Below, one piece after another: positions 48,669 to 58,704 of a stretch of DNA of 64,000 nucleotides. Every line of letters starts with the position of its first letter. Positions within the stretch are counted from its first letter, which is position 1. The notes under the pieces are model-generated. The model had not been told where the DNA came from, ran no database searches, and was given only the letters and a program-made list of their open reading frames with translations. Made by a program: the position numbers and the translations under genes. The DNA is from a virus: IMG/VR virus record IMGVR_UViG_3300035670_000075, positions 41,388 through 105,387 of that record, one strand, 5' to 3'.

Positions 48669-48852
48669 GTGCGCTGGTATTTCCCCACATCCAGTTACGA
48701 ATCGCATCTAAATCATACACGATTCGTTTGCCGTCAGGGGCTTTTTTCCAATGCACGCCTTCCAGCCAATGCCCAAGTCGGCGATGAGACTCTTGGGATT
48801 TTTGGCTGTAGCCTGTTTCGCGCGCCAATACGTCACCGAGTACCGGCGTCAT
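48562..48852 (-). CDS. Excisionase-like protein
   Basis: ETGYS...G.WLEGVHWKKAPDG.RI.YDL.AI..W; directly upstream of int. Confidence 0.8.
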   Translation of the reverse strand: MTPVLGDVLARETGYSQKSQESHRRLGHWLEGVHWKKAPDGKRIVYDLDAIRNWMWGNTSAHGENLHKRRRQAVDRVRPQRRAMPREPAPERHADQ

Positions 48853-49061
48853 ACTTTCTTCTCCAGCCAGTTTGCGTCCAGGCGCAACGTTTTGCCGACT
48901 GCATCGGAAACCGTAATCATCCACCCGCTCTCGCAATTAACAACTTGCTCTGCATTGGTAACGACACAAGGTTCTTTTAGTTTTTTAGCCGGTTTCTCAT
49001 GCTGATTCCAGCGTGCAGGTGAAACGCTATCCCCGATGCTGTATGGTTGCTGATTACTCAT
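48849..49061 (-). CDS. Hypothetical protein
   Basis: ATGA-type coupling on both sides. Confidence 0.55.
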   Translation of the reverse strand: MSNQQPYSIGDSVSPARWNQHEKPAKKLKEPCVVTNAEQVVNCESGWMITVSDAVGKTLRLDANWLEKKV

Positions 49062-49462
49062 ACCATCTCCACATAACATTCGCCGCTGGCGGGCGGTTTT
49101 GCGTAGGTGACGCGGATTTTCCCCGCCGCTTCAAGTTGCGCCAGCGCGCCACACACGTCGGTATCTTTCCATGAGTTATAGCTTGCTACCAACTCGTCGT
49201 AAGTAGCTTTGCCTCTGGAGATGAAACACATCAAGCGCCGTTGCAGTTCGGCGAATTCCTGCCTGGTAATTCGCTGCGGACGCTCAGCTTTGAGTCCGTA
49301 GACAATGGCTGCTTTATTTTCTTTCACCCAACAGAGAAATTGTTCTGACGGCGGATTATCCACACTGTAATCAATCCGTATGCCGTCGTCTCCAATCAGG
49401 ACGAGGGTGAATCCCTTGTCACGGATTTGTTTCAATGCCGCTGCAATTGAACCTGACATCAC
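49058..49462 (-). CDS. TubC-N-like domain protein
   Basis: L......GFTL....D.IRI.....PP......VKENKAAIV. Confidence 0.55.
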   Translation of the reverse strand: MMSGSIAAALKQIRDKGFTLVLIGDDGIRIDYSVDNPPSEQFLCWVKENKAAIVYGLKAERPQRITRQEFAELQRRLMCFISRGKATYDELVASYNSWKDTDVCGALAQLEAAGKIRVTYAKPPASGECYVEMV

Positions 49463-51642
49463 TCACCTCCATGCAGCAAATAACCCAACATCGTCGTCCG
49501 CATCGCTGGTCGGTTGTTTTTCACCGCCCTCTCGATCAGCGTCGTGTCGCCAACGCAATAGCAGCGAACTTTTGGGCGCGTAACCCCGGTGTAGAACAGT
49601 TGCCGGTATAGCATGTTGGTGTGTGAACGACTCAGCACAAAAATCCCGGTGTTGTACTCTCCGCCCTGGACTTTGTGGATGGTTTTGCACCAGGCGTGAG
49701 TTAACTGGTCAAACTTGTCGCTACCGTAGTTAGACACGCGACCATCTTCCCACTGCACTTGGATTTGCTGGTAGTGCCGTCCGTCGTCGCCCTGCACGGC
49801 ACCGGCTGAGACGATAATGCCAGTATCGCCGTTTAGCGCGTCGATCTCCGGATCATTCTTGAGATTCATTACTTTATCGCCAACGCTCATCAGTGACCCA
49901 TTGGCAAAAACGCCGGAATCGCTTGGGTTGATCGCGTTTTTAATAAGTTTGTTGATGGCATGAACGCCGCACTCGCCATCGTACATCGGCGCAAGCACTT
50001 GGATTTGGCTGATGTCGATGCCGCTTGCCAGCGCCTTCTGCACAATCGCCAGCACGTAGCGCGCGGCGTTGCTATCAATGGGCTGATGCAGCATGAAAAA
50101 ATCGCCGCCTACTTGCGGCATCTCGCCGCGTTTGATTGCCGCCGCGTTGACGGCGATCATCGAATCTTCGGCTTGGCGGTGGATGGTTTCGAGTCGCGTT
50201 GTCGGTATACCTGAATCAATCAGGTCTTTGAGCACATTGCCTGCGCCTACCGATGGCAGTTGATCAACGTCGCCAACCAGAACAATTCGGCACTCGCTCG
50301 GTACAACATCGAGCATGTCAGCACACAGTTTGGCATCGATCATTGATGCCTCGTCAATACAGATTACGTCTGCGCCACCAAGTTCTTCTAGTAGCGCCTC
50401 GGTGTAAATGCGCCGATGGATGGTCGTTGCCTCGCGGCGGGTACTCTCGGTCATGCGCAACGCGGCCTTGCCAGTCGGAGCAGCAAGGATGATGTTTGCG
50501 CCAGGCATTGCCTGTTCAATGGCGTTGAGCGCGGCATTGGTTGTATAGGTTTTGCCCACACCAGGCCCGCCAGTCAGTATGCATATCCGGTGATTCAGCA
50601 CCATTTCGACGCCACGGCGTTGATCGTCGTCGAGGTCGGCGGGGATGTCGGCACGCAGAACTTCAGGAGTCGCCGCTAAGCGGCGCTTGATGTCGTCGGC
50701 AATGCGGGTTTCCGCTGCGTACAGAGACTCTAGCGCGAATAAAACCTGCCCGCCAATATCTACCCGCACCACATGCTCTAAAAACGCCTTAGAAGCCGTT
50801 TTAGGCGCTATTTTGGTTTTGTCGATACAAAGCACCTTCTTGGCGCAGTAATCAATCAGTTCGATTTCCGTTGCGGCTGTATGCCCATTTTGAGCAAACA
50901 GCGACAAAGCGTATTCCAGCCCAGCAATGATGCGATGCTCGCTTTCTTTCTCGATCCCGCAGTCCAGCGCCACTTCGTCAGCCTTGGCAAAGCCGATGCC
51001 GTAAACCTGTGTCAACAGGTATGGGTTGGCTTTAATCTCGGCAAAGGTAAATGCCGCACGTTCATCGGTTTTATCCAGTAGCTCCAAGCATTTGTGCGAG
51101 TCTTTTCCGCCCATACCGTGCGCTTGCAGGAATACCAGCAGCTTGTCTGCATCATCTTCGCTGGTGACAGCACGGTGGATGTCATCAACCATCTGCTGCG
51201 TCACGCCGTCAACTTCCAGTAAACGCTCTGGATGACTTTTCGCTATAGGGAATATCCCGCGCCCGAATTTAGCGGCAATGGCATTGGCTTTCACCTCACC
51301 AATTCCGGCGATGTTGCGTTTCAGCCAACCGATAATGCCAGCGTTGTCGAGCGGGGTTTTCTTGCGCACGGAGAAGGCTTTGAACTGACGCCCAAATTTA
51401 TCGCTATTGACCCAGTTGCCAAGCGCAGTGATTTTGTCACCTTCTTCAAGGTCTTGGGGCAGGTTTGAACAGGCGACTTTGTGCTTGCTGGTCAGGGCGA
51501 TGACGCCCCAGGTGTCTTTGCGGGTAAGGATTTTCTGTACAGTCCCAAGCAGTGTTTCTTGTTCTGGTGCAGGGGATTTTCTTGCGTTGACTGGTGTTTT
51601 TTCTTGTGCGACTGCTGGCATGATGCCTCCGTTTTGCTTCAA
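49459..51642 (-). CDS. recD2: RecD2-like SF1B helicase
   Basis: G.W....FGRQF, NPY.L..V.GIGF..AD, TGGPGVGKT, APTGKAA, DEASM, GDVDQLPSVG.G, TIHKVQG.EY. Confidence 0.95.
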   Translation of the reverse strand: MKQNGGIMPAVAQEKTPVNARKSPAPEQETLLGTVQKILTRKDTWGVIALTSKHKVACSNLPQDLEEGDKITALGNWVNSDKFGRQFKAFSVRKKTPLDNAGIIGWLKRNIAGIGEVKANAIAAKFGRGIFPIAKSHPERLLEVDGVTQQMVDDIHRAVTSEDDADKLLVFLQAHGMGGKDSHKCLELLDKTDERAAFTFAEIKANPYLLTQVYGIGFAKADEVALDCGIEKESEHRIIAGLEYALSLFAQNGHTAATEIELIDYCAKKVLCIDKTKIAPKTASKAFLEHVVRVDIGGQVLFALESLYAAETRIADDIKRRLAATPEVLRADIPADLDDDQRRGVEMVLNHRICILTGGPGVGKTYTTNAALNAIEQAMPGANIILAAPTGKAALRMTESTRREATTIHRRIYTEALLEELGGADVICIDEASMIDAKLCADMLDVVPSECRIVLVGDVDQLPSVGAGNVLKDLIDSGIPTTRLETIHRQAEDSMIAVNAAAIKRGEMPQVGGDFFMLHQPIDSNAARYVLAIVQKALASGIDISQIQVLAPMYDGECGVHAINKLIKNAINPSDSGVFANGSLMSVGDKVMNLKNDPEIDALNGDTGIIVSAGAVQGDDGRHYQQIQVQWEDGRVSNYGSDKFDQLTHAWCKTIHKVQGGEYNTGIFVLSRSHTNMLYRQLFYTGVTRPKVRCYCVGDTTLIERAVKNNRPAMRTTMLGYLLHGGE

Positions 51643-51721
51643 GTTATTGAAAGTTAAAATTTATTTATTTATTTAATTTATTATTATTTTTATAAGTATA
51701 TGATTGATGTAATGTTTATGC

Positions 51722-51944
51722 TTTTGTCGCAGACTTGATGCAGAGTTGTGCAACTAAGTCATTGAATGTAGTAATGATGCAAATATTCACGCATTTTTTC
51801 TCGCGTATGAGTTTATTTTTTTTTGATGCGCCAAGCGTCGTGTTTTCACATGTACGCGCACGGGAGGTTTTTACATCAAAAAACTGCTTCATTACTACAA
51901 TCAATAACTTAGTTGCACGGCTTTGCGACATCTTTGCGACAAAA
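51722..51944. repeat. 59-bp imperfect inverted repeat with IHF-like sites (candidate replication origin)
   Basis: Arms 51722-51780 and 51886-51944 (48/59 match by hand); AT-rich flank; downstream of the primase-helicase. Confidence 0.65.
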
Positions 51945-52006
51945 CCACTTTTATTACTTCTTTCAATCAGTTGCGATTTCATTTTTAGGCTTTGTTTACG
52001 GTGAGG

Positions 52007-53857
52007 CTATTCAACATAGCAGGATAAAACTCTGTTTACATTATCGGCTTGGTTATTTTCATTGTCAACTAACCCAAAGCTGTAAGCTATAGGGGATATT
52101 GAATCGCCGTTTTCAGTAATCCTGACACCAAAAATCTTACTCCTGCCGCGAACTCTATCAAAGCACACGCCTTTCAATCCGCGCACATCGCGTAACAATG
52201 TGACAAGTTTGCGGCTAAAGTTCTGGACGTTGTATCGCTTGATTTCAAACTCTGACTCATTGCTTTCGTGCGCCCATTGCAGGAAACTTGGCAGCAAGTG
52301 CGTATCATAAAATTCGTAAGTAACACTGCGGTCATCCGCCGACATCAGCTTTTTAACACCAACTTGAACGCCGTCACCGTATTCTGTTCTATTCCAGTCG
52401 TTGTCAGGATACCCTTTCGGCGGCTCTACATACGCCAGCTTGTCATGCGCCCACCGCGCTAAAATGTTGCCGGACAATAGGCTTTCCATTTCATCCTGTT
52501 TAATTTCGTCTGATTTATCGTTGGCAGCATCGGTCAAAATATCCATTGCTTGTTGCTCGGATATTTTCAATACCTTGTTAATCAGCCCAGGTAACTCAGG
52601 TCTTAAGATGGGCTTGAGGTCTTTTTGGGTTTCTGAAACGTGATGAAAATACAGCACAATTAGGCGTCGCAACAAGCCAACATCGTCGGTATTTAGCACG
52701 CTATTTCCGGCGCAGGCCATAATTCCTTTGTGCCTAATCATTGCGTCGCGTGCCAGTGAGTTGATGTGCTTCAACTTGAACGGCATATCCTCGCCTGAAG
52801 ACAATAGTTTGAGCATTGGCAATGATCCAGCAACCTTATCGTAATCGGCTTCGTCAATGATGATTGCCCGCATATCCTTGAAATTAGTCGCCTCATGCTT
52901 ATCATTCTCAAGCCCTCTTAGCGTTGTACCCATATAATTACCAACGCCAACGAGGTCTTTGAAAATACCCATCACCGTACCCTTGCCTGCTCTTGGCGGG
53001 CCTGCCATGTACAATATTTTCTGATAGCGGTTCAAGTCACCAGACAGCATTAAGCGCATAAACGCCAAAAGAATCATTACCTTGCCTGGGACTGGACGCT
53101 TCTTCAAATCGGCAGTTGCTTCACTTAAAAATTTATCAATTGTTGGGCATGTCGCGTCCGGATCGTAATCAAACCCTAATTGCCAAGTGAAAAAATAATT
53201 CGGGTCATGCGGGCCGAGCTTGCCTGTGCTAAGACTGTAAACACCATTGGCAAATGGCACTAAGTCAGGATCGCTATTCCATTTATCACGCCATAACTTA
53301 CCAGCAAGAAATCTGGCTACGCCGTCAGGCGTTGACGCGCCATAACCGCTGCCGTAACCAGGGTTTGATGCGCAGAATTCCTTTATTTTTTCATCTACCA
53401 AATTAAACACCATAGGCTGTTTAATTTTTCCAACGACTTCCCATACACCGCTACCGTTGTAGCGCATAAACGTGTCAGTCACCGGATCAACGGCAATCTC
53501 ATTATCACACCTGTCGGCGATGGCTTCCGCGATTTGGCTTTGGCTATACGTCAAACTAGCCTGAAATTCTAACTGTTGCTGGCTATTGGTATCATCGTTA
53601 CCTAATTCATGCCGCACCTTTTTCAGAAAAGCATTGAGGTCGCGCGCCGTCACGCCATTGAGCTTAGCCGCCATCTTAGGGGTCAGCGTTTTTACGTCAA
53701 GGTCATCAATGGTGCTGTCAGCCGCCATTTCAGCGATAATCTGACGCGCAAAAGCGAGATCGTCTTGTTGTAATTCCTCATCTACCATCACCTGATAGCG
53801 ACTTTTGCGCTGAGACTTGGTTTCCAGTGATGCGATACTTAATGTTCCATTACTCAT
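52007..53857 (-). CDS. P4/D5-type SF3 replicative helicase
   Basis: D5_N (FANGV..L.TG.L.PHDP), GPPRAGKGT, IIDE, RRL. Confidence 0.9.
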   Translation of the reverse strand: MSNGTLSIASLETKSQRKSRYQVMVDEELQQDDLAFARQIIAEMAADSTIDDLDVKTLTPKMAAKLNGVTARDLNAFLKKVRHELGNDDTNSQQQLEFQASLTYSQSQIAEAIADRCDNEIAVDPVTDTFMRYNGSGVWEVVGKIKQPMVFNLVDEKIKEFCASNPGYGSGYGASTPDGVARFLAGKLWRDKWNSDPDLVPFANGVYSLSTGKLGPHDPNYFFTWQLGFDYDPDATCPTIDKFLSEATADLKKRPVPGKVMILLAFMRLMLSGDLNRYQKILYMAGPPRAGKGTVMGIFKDLVGVGNYMGTTLRGLENDKHEATNFKDMRAIIIDEADYDKVAGSLPMLKLLSSGEDMPFKLKHINSLARDAMIRHKGIMACAGNSVLNTDDVGLLRRLIVLYFHHVSETQKDLKPILRPELPGLINKVLKISEQQAMDILTDAANDKSDEIKQDEMESLLSGNILARWAHDKLAYVEPPKGYPDNDWNRTEYGDGVQVGVKKLMSADDRSVTYEFYDTHLLPSFLQWAHESNESEFEIKRYNVQNFSRKLVTLLRDVRGLKGVCFDRVRGRSKIFGVRITENGDSISPIAYSFGLVDNENNQADNVNRVLSCYVE

Positions 53858-54987
53858 GCTGCTTTCCGCTTGTTATATTGATGCCACTCCGCAATATCGG
53901 CAAAGTCGCATTTACGTGGGTTTCCGCCCGTGGCTTTAGACCACATATGCACGTCAGTCGGTGACGGTTGCACGATTTCCACGGCAATTTTAGGGCGCTC
54001 CTCGGTAATGACGCGATACAAAGCTCTTGCTGCGAACATTCCAGCGCCCTCCGGTTTGCTTTCTGTAGGTTGGTCGGTATCCGCCAAAATAAACAGTTTG
54101 CGGATATTGATTAACCCTATATCAATCAGCTTAAAAATTAATAGATAGGACAAGCTTAATTGCCTATCGTTATAACACGCCCACACCGGCAACTGTGGGT
54201 AATCCTTGTGTACCGCCAACGCCGATTCGATACCTTCTGCAACGCCCAGTATGTCAGTCGCCGGATAGAGTTGACAGGCAATGCCGTCACCCCACTGGTC
54301 ATCTTGTCCGAGGATTTTCTTGGCGGACGACACAGGCGCTTTGCCGCGCCCGTCAGCCTGCAAAAACGTTCTATGCAGCGCCGACCAACCGTGCGGGTTC
54401 TCGAACCACGCCGTCATGACGGGGAAAAATTCGCCGCTATCGGAATGCTTCAGATGTTCATGCAATCTGAGATTATCCGGCAATCTATCTGGCGGCAGCA
54501 CGCCGCGTGACTTCAAATAGTTGATCAGGAGTTGATGACCAGGCTTTGACTCGCCCCACAGCCTTTTAATGTAGGTGGCGCGACTTTTGGTTTTTTTTTC
54601 CGCCGTCACAGGTGGTGGAGGCGTGGGAAGAATTCTGCGTGGGCGAGGGTTTAGTTTATCCGCAAACGGATTGGTAATACCAAAATAATCAGCGAAGAAG
54701 TCGTTGGCTTCTTTGTTACTGCCAAGGTAATCGGAAATAAATTTTGATGTATTGAGATAAAAAGTTTTAGGGTTGCATCCGCGACAGCCGAATGCACCAA
54801 CGTTGCCTTTATGTTTGTTGAAATGAAAACGATCTTTGCCACCACATATCGGGCATGGAATAGGCTTGCCGTCCCATTGCGAATCTACCGCGCCAACAGC
54901 AACCAGTAAATCAAGCGGGCTAGTTTGCTCGACGCGCTGATTTATCGCGGCGTAAAAATCTCTGACCTCGTTTTCGCGGTCATTCAT
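53854..54987 (-). CDS. Primase: P4-alpha Zn finger + Toprim
   Basis: PCPICGGKDRF..CRGC, YL.SRG, LHRTFL..DG.GKA, VAEGIESAL, ADTD. Confidence 0.92.
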   Translation of the reverse strand: MNDRENEVRDFYAAINQRVEQTSPLDLLVAVGAVDSQWDGKPIPCPICGGKDRFHFNKHKGNVGAFGCRGCNPKTFYLNTSKFISDYLGSNKEANDFFADYFGITNPFADKLNPRPRRILPTPPPPVTAEKKTKSRATYIKRLWGESKPGHQLLINYLKSRGVLPPDRLPDNLRLHEHLKHSDSGEFFPVMTAWFENPHGWSALHRTFLQADGRGKAPVSSAKKILGQDDQWGDGIACQLYPATDILGVAEGIESALAVHKDYPQLPVWACYNDRQLSLSYLLIFKLIDIGLINIRKLFILADTDQPTESKPEGAGMFAARALYRVITEERPKIAVEIVQPSPTDVHMWSKATGGNPRKCDFADIAEWHQYNKRKAA

Positions 54988-55124
54988 AAAAGCCTCCAAC
55001 TAGCTATCGCAGTTCGTTGTACTGCACGGTTTTATTATGGGTTGTGGTAACGCTGGTGTTGGCAGTATCACCAACAGTCCGGGCTTTTCTTTGGCATGTA
55101 AAGGCACTTGAAGCGCTGTCAGTA

Positions 55125-55478
55125 TCAGAGCAATAGTGCAGAAGCATTTAATTTCTGTAAGAAATCCCATATCGCTCTAACCTTCTGCTCCGGCATATTT
55201 GACAACAGCAAAACCAGCTTATCCAAAAAACCGCCTGTTTGCGCTTGACTCAAATTTTGAGTTATGCAAACAGGTTGTTTTTGGTTATCATCAATATACG
55301 TTGATGTTAACCCTGCGCTCATGCCTTGTTTTTCGACAAGGTATTGCTCAATCACAAAGCGCAGATAATCTGACCTGGACATGCCCGACATGGATACTAC
55401 ATTGGCAAGAAAATCATCTACCGGCTCAGACAGGTACACTTGCTGTCTGATGCTGGTTGATTTTCCTGCCCGGTGCAT
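55125..55478 (-). CDS. RHH/CopG-like protein
   Basis: RQQVYLS...DDFL......GMSRSDYLR..I. Confidence 0.65.
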   Translation of the reverse strand: MHRAGKSTSIRQQVYLSEPVDDFLANVVSMSGMSRSDYLRFVIEQYLVEKQGMSAGLTSTYIDDNQKQPVCITQNLSQAQTGGFLDKLVLLLSNMPEQKVRAIWDFLQKLNASALLL

Positions 55479-55486
55479 TACGCCGC

Positions 55487-55726
55487 CTACGACTCTGGCA
55501 GTTGAACAGACTCAGCCTTCTCCTTGGCTTGCGCGACAATCGCTTTCATCGTGTCGTGAATTGACTCGGTCAGCGGGCTGTTTTTACCGCTTCGAGGAAT
55601 TTCCAAGACAGCACATGCCATCACATATTCGAGTTCTGTTTCAGGGTCAATGCGCGTGCCGTAATGACCCTTCGGCACGTAGTCCAATTTCTTGCCCATG
55701 TGGGCAATCAGTTTATCTAAATTCAT
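55487..55726 (-). CDS. Small Cro-position protein
   Basis: Divergent from the HTH repressor candidate. Confidence 0.45.
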   Translation of the reverse strand: MNLDKLIAHMGKKLDYVPKGHYGTRIDPETELEYVMACAVLEIPRSGKNSPLTESIHDTMKAIVAQAKEKAESVQLPES

Positions 55727-55738
55727 CACTCGCTCCAT

Positions 55739-55768
55739 GCGTTAACAATTTAAGCTTAATGTTAACGC
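55739..55768. promoter_or_regulatory. Palindromic operator in the genetic-switch region
   Basis: GCGTTAACA-ATTTAAGCTTAA-TGTTAACGC between divergent genes. Confidence 0.65.
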
Positions 55769-55817
55769 ATTTCCCCTGTAATTGCAAACACATTTCACAT
55801 GATAAAGAGGTGTCAAC

Positions 55818-56435
55818 ATGAGTGTCAACGACGAAACCGACGACGAAAGAAAACGTCCGCCAAATCAAAAAGTTGTCGAGATAGGTAAAAAGATGGTGCG
55901 CTTTCTCAAGCACACCAGCCACAACCAATCCGATCTTGCACGCACCAGTGGGCTATCACGAACCTATATTTCCAATGCGCTGCGCTGGCCGAACATGAAT
56001 ACCAGCCGCAAGCCGAATATCGAAATGATTCACGGCATTATCGAGTTGGTGAAGCAGGACGGCGGCAATCCAGAACGTTGGCTGAACTGGCTGATCCTGG
56101 GCGGCGTGGATGCGCAAATGCCTGACCTGGTGCTGGAGAAGTCAGGTAACTACAAGGTTGAAACTAAACAGGCGCAAGGCGCTGGCGAACTGCTCGCCTG
56201 TCAACACGGCGTCGAATGCGAGTTCACCGCGTTCTGCGACAAGAAGCCGCCAACCTGCGCCAAGCTTAAAGACCTGCCCATGCCGCCAGTCGATAATGCC
56301 GAACTGGTAGCACAGGTGGAGGAACTGGAAAATCAAATTGCCGCCCTGCGTGATGAGTTGAGCGGCAAGTATGCGGAATTGAAAAAGCGCGTTGACACAA
56401 TGGAGGTTGTCGTCAAGCGCGGTATGGGGTTGTGA
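55818..56435 (+). CDS. XRE-type HTH repressor-like protein
   Basis: NQSDLARTSGLSRTYISNAL, WLILG; C-terminal coiled coil. Confidence 0.75.
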   Translation: MSVNDETDDERKRPPNQKVVEIGKKMVRFLKHTSHNQSDLARTSGLSRTYISNALRWPNMNTSRKPNIEMIHGIIELVKQDGGNPERWLNWLILGGVDAQMPDLVLEKSGNYKVETKQAQGAGELLACQHGVECEFTAFCDKKPPTCAKLKDLPMPPVDNAELVAQVEELENQIAALRDELSGKYAELKKRVDTMEVVVKRGMGL

Positions 56436-56441
56436 AACAAC

Positions 56442-56512
56442 TCTCGTTCCCACGCCACTATTCTCGTTCCCACGCGCCGAGTGGGAACGAGAAGTGATCG
56501 GCGCGTGGGAAC
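56442..56512. repeat. REP-like TCGTTCCCAC/GTGGGAACGA repeat cluster
   Basis: Nested inverted copies between convergent genes. Confidence 0.75.
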
Positions 56513-56517
56513 TAGAT

Positions 56518-56979
56518 TTATCGTGGCATCGCGCCCTGCACCGCCTTAATACCATCCAGCGCCGAAGCAATATCCGCTTGCAAATGCTGGATCGCCTCCA
56601 GCAACGCGCCTTTGGCTGACTTCGGCAGTTTTTCGCCAAGCGCCGTTGCCGAGCCGCTCAGATTACCAAGGTCGTCGCTCAACTCGCCCAGCGTCAACTT
56701 AAATTCTGTATTGGCGTTGCAATACGCCAAATAGAATTTAACATGCGTTGACACCTCGCCCTGGATATACGGATTCATCAATATGAATCCCGCAATGTTG
56801 ATGTAGTAGCCGTCATTGCCCGGCGTAATGGCGACGTGCTGTAGGTCTTGCGGCGACAGTTTTGCCAGCAGCTTGCCGACCGAGGCATTGACGTTGCCGA
56901 GGTCGCGCTTGAATTCGCACGCAATGGTGCGGGTGTGGGTGACGGCAACGCCGTCTTTTAGTTCAACTAACTCTCGCAT
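56518..56979 (-). CDS. Rha-family regulator-like protein
   Basis: LVELKDGVAVT....IA.EF.R...NV...V.KL. Confidence 0.7.
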   Translation of the reverse strand: MRELVELKDGVAVTHTRTIACEFKRDLGNVNASVGKLLAKLSPQDLQHVAITPGNDGYYINIAGFILMNPYIQGEVSTHVKFYLAYCNANTEFKLTLGELSDDLGNLSGSATALGEKLPKSAKGALLEAIQHLQADIASALDGIKAVQGAMPR

Positions 56980-57123
56980 GTTTACACCTGTTGTTACTGT
57001 GATTTTCCTTTAGTGTATGTCATTTTTTGCGTGTATTCAACATGTGATAAATATGTGGTTTACTCATATATTGACATATCATCAACCATCGTTCCCGCTC
57101 GGCGCGTGGGAACGCGGAAAAAC

Positions 57124-57224
57124 ATTGTCTGAATCAGGATTTTCAGGATTAAAAGATTCACAGGATAAACAATGCGCTTTAATCCTGAAAATCTTAAAAT
57201 CCGGTAAATCCTGATTCAGACAAT
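57124..57224. repeat. MITE-like palindromic element with 19-bp terminal IR
   Basis: ATTGTCTGAATCAGGATTT...AAATCCTGATTCAGACAAT with internal AGGATT sub-repeats. Confidence 0.8.
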
Positions 57225-57307
57225 AAGTATTTTCGCAGCCTCCCCGCATGGCAACAAAAATAAAAAATGCTGTATCATGACAACTCCAATCACAACAGGA
57301 GTTATCC

Positions 57308-57706
57308 ATGAACAAGCTATTTGCACTACTCATTGCAGCCACCCTGTCAGGCTGTGTCACCGTGCCGTCCGGTGCGCCGGTTAAACAACTGCTCGGCAAA
57401 CTGAAAGTAACCAAGTCCACCAACGGCGTCGCCTGCAAAATCGACGCGACGGTGGAAAATCTCAATCAACACCAACTTAAGCCAGTGTTGGAGTGGGTGA
57501 TTTATGACGTGGACGGCAATACCATGACCAGCGGCACGACCCCGTATGATCTGATTGACGCCGGGAAGAACCAGCAGAAAATGCTAACGCTGGTCATGGG
57601 CAGTTGCGACAGGCTCGGCAAGCTGGCGGTGAATAGTGCGCGAATGCGCGGGCTTGACGGTATCCCGATTGCTGGCGTAGAGGGCATGAATGCGGTGTGG
57701 AAGTAG
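57308..57706 (+). CDS. Lipoprotein (moron)
   Basis: Signal peptide with lipobox LSGC; RBS AGGAG. Confidence 0.8.
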   Translation: MNKLFALLIAATLSGCVTVPSGAPVKQLLGKLKVTKSTNGVACKIDATVENLNQHQLKPVLEWVIYDVDGNTMTSGTTPYDLIDAGKNQQKMLTLVMGSCDRLGKLAVNSARMRGLDGIPIAGVEGMNAVWK

Positions 57707-57726
57707 GTATTTTTTTCGTTCCCAAT

Positions 57727-57842
57727 CATCTCGTTCCCACGCGCCGCGTGGGAATGCCGAAGCACCGCGCTGCGGTGCGTACCGTAAGCCGCTCCGCAGC
57801 GCGGAGATTCCGCGTTCCCACGCAGCGCGTGGGAACGAGATG
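57727..57842. repeat. REP/MITE-like element with 17-bp terminal IR and internal hairpins
   Basis: CATCTCGTTCCCACGCG...CGCGTGGGAACGAGATG. Confidence 0.8.
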
Positions 57843-57963
57843 TGATGCTATATAAATACGTCATCTCACCATATATCCATATCATACATAAAATCTTCTT
57901 GAAATCACCTCGTAAATTGCGTAAAATTTTCAGCATCAAATGGCAACAAGCACAGGTGCAAAT

Positions 57964-58704
57964 ATGCAAAATTTTCCGCAAATCAATTTCGCCGATGTGG
58001 TCGGCGAACTCCTAGAAAAATACAAAACCCCCTACGCAGTCGGCGTGGAGATGCAGCGCCTAAACTCCGCAGTCGGCGGGCGTAGCTACGGCTCGGCGGT
58101 CAAGCGACTGCACAGTGGCGAGGTAAAAGAACCCGGCTTCACGGCGGGCGTTACGTTGCTGCTGTTGGCGGGAAGGCAGGTTGAAATCAGTCGGCGGGGC
58201 GGCGACAGCACTGCCAGTCCTCAAAGGACTGGCAGTGCTGGTGGTGATGAAATCACCCGTCGGTGGGACGGCGACGCCATGCGGCGGTTGCGGGAGTCGT
58301 GTTCGGTGGATGGTTGGTGGAACTTGAGCGGCGGCGAGTTCGCGGCGTTGATTGCCGAGAAGGGCGGGCGTGACATTTACCGCGCCACTAGCGTATGGCA
58401 AATAGAATCTGGTATTGCACCAGTGCCGCAATGGGTTAGCGCGGCGCTAGATAAGATACAAGCCGATGTCGATAGCGGGAAAATACCGCGTTCGACACGG
58501 GTACGCAGTTCGCTGCACAAGTCCAGCGAACCAACCAATTTAGTGCAGCAAGTTTTGCAGGCAACCGGCATGAGTATGGAAGCACTCGGCGGGAAAATGA
58601 ACCCACCCATCACGCGGGCGGCGATTTCGACAATGGCAAGAAGCGGGAAAATCCCTAAGCGGCATATTGAGGTATTGCAAAGCCTATTAACTAAGTCGGC
58701 GTAG
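57964..58704 (+). CDS. Multi-HTH-like DNA-binding protein
   Basis: Three HTH-like segments (RLHSGEVKEP.F..G; LS..EFAALI...SVWQIESG; MSMEALG...ITRAAISTM). Confidence 0.6.
   Translation: MQNFPQINFADVVGELLEKYKTPYAVGVEMQRLNSAVGGRSYGSAVKRLHSGEVKEPGFTAGVTLLLLAGRQVEISRRGGDSTASPQRTGSAGGDEITRRWDGDAMRRLRESCSVDGWWNLSGGEFAALIAEKGGRDIYRATSVWQIESGIAPVPQWVSAALDKIQADVDSGKIPRSTRVRSSLHKSSEPTNLVQQVLQATGMSMEALGGKMNPPITRAAISTMARSGKIPKRHIEVLQSLLTKSA

Noticed and set aside
51716-52004. Two overlapping ~89-aa ORFs
   Set aside because: They coincide with the inverted repeat and have no coding features
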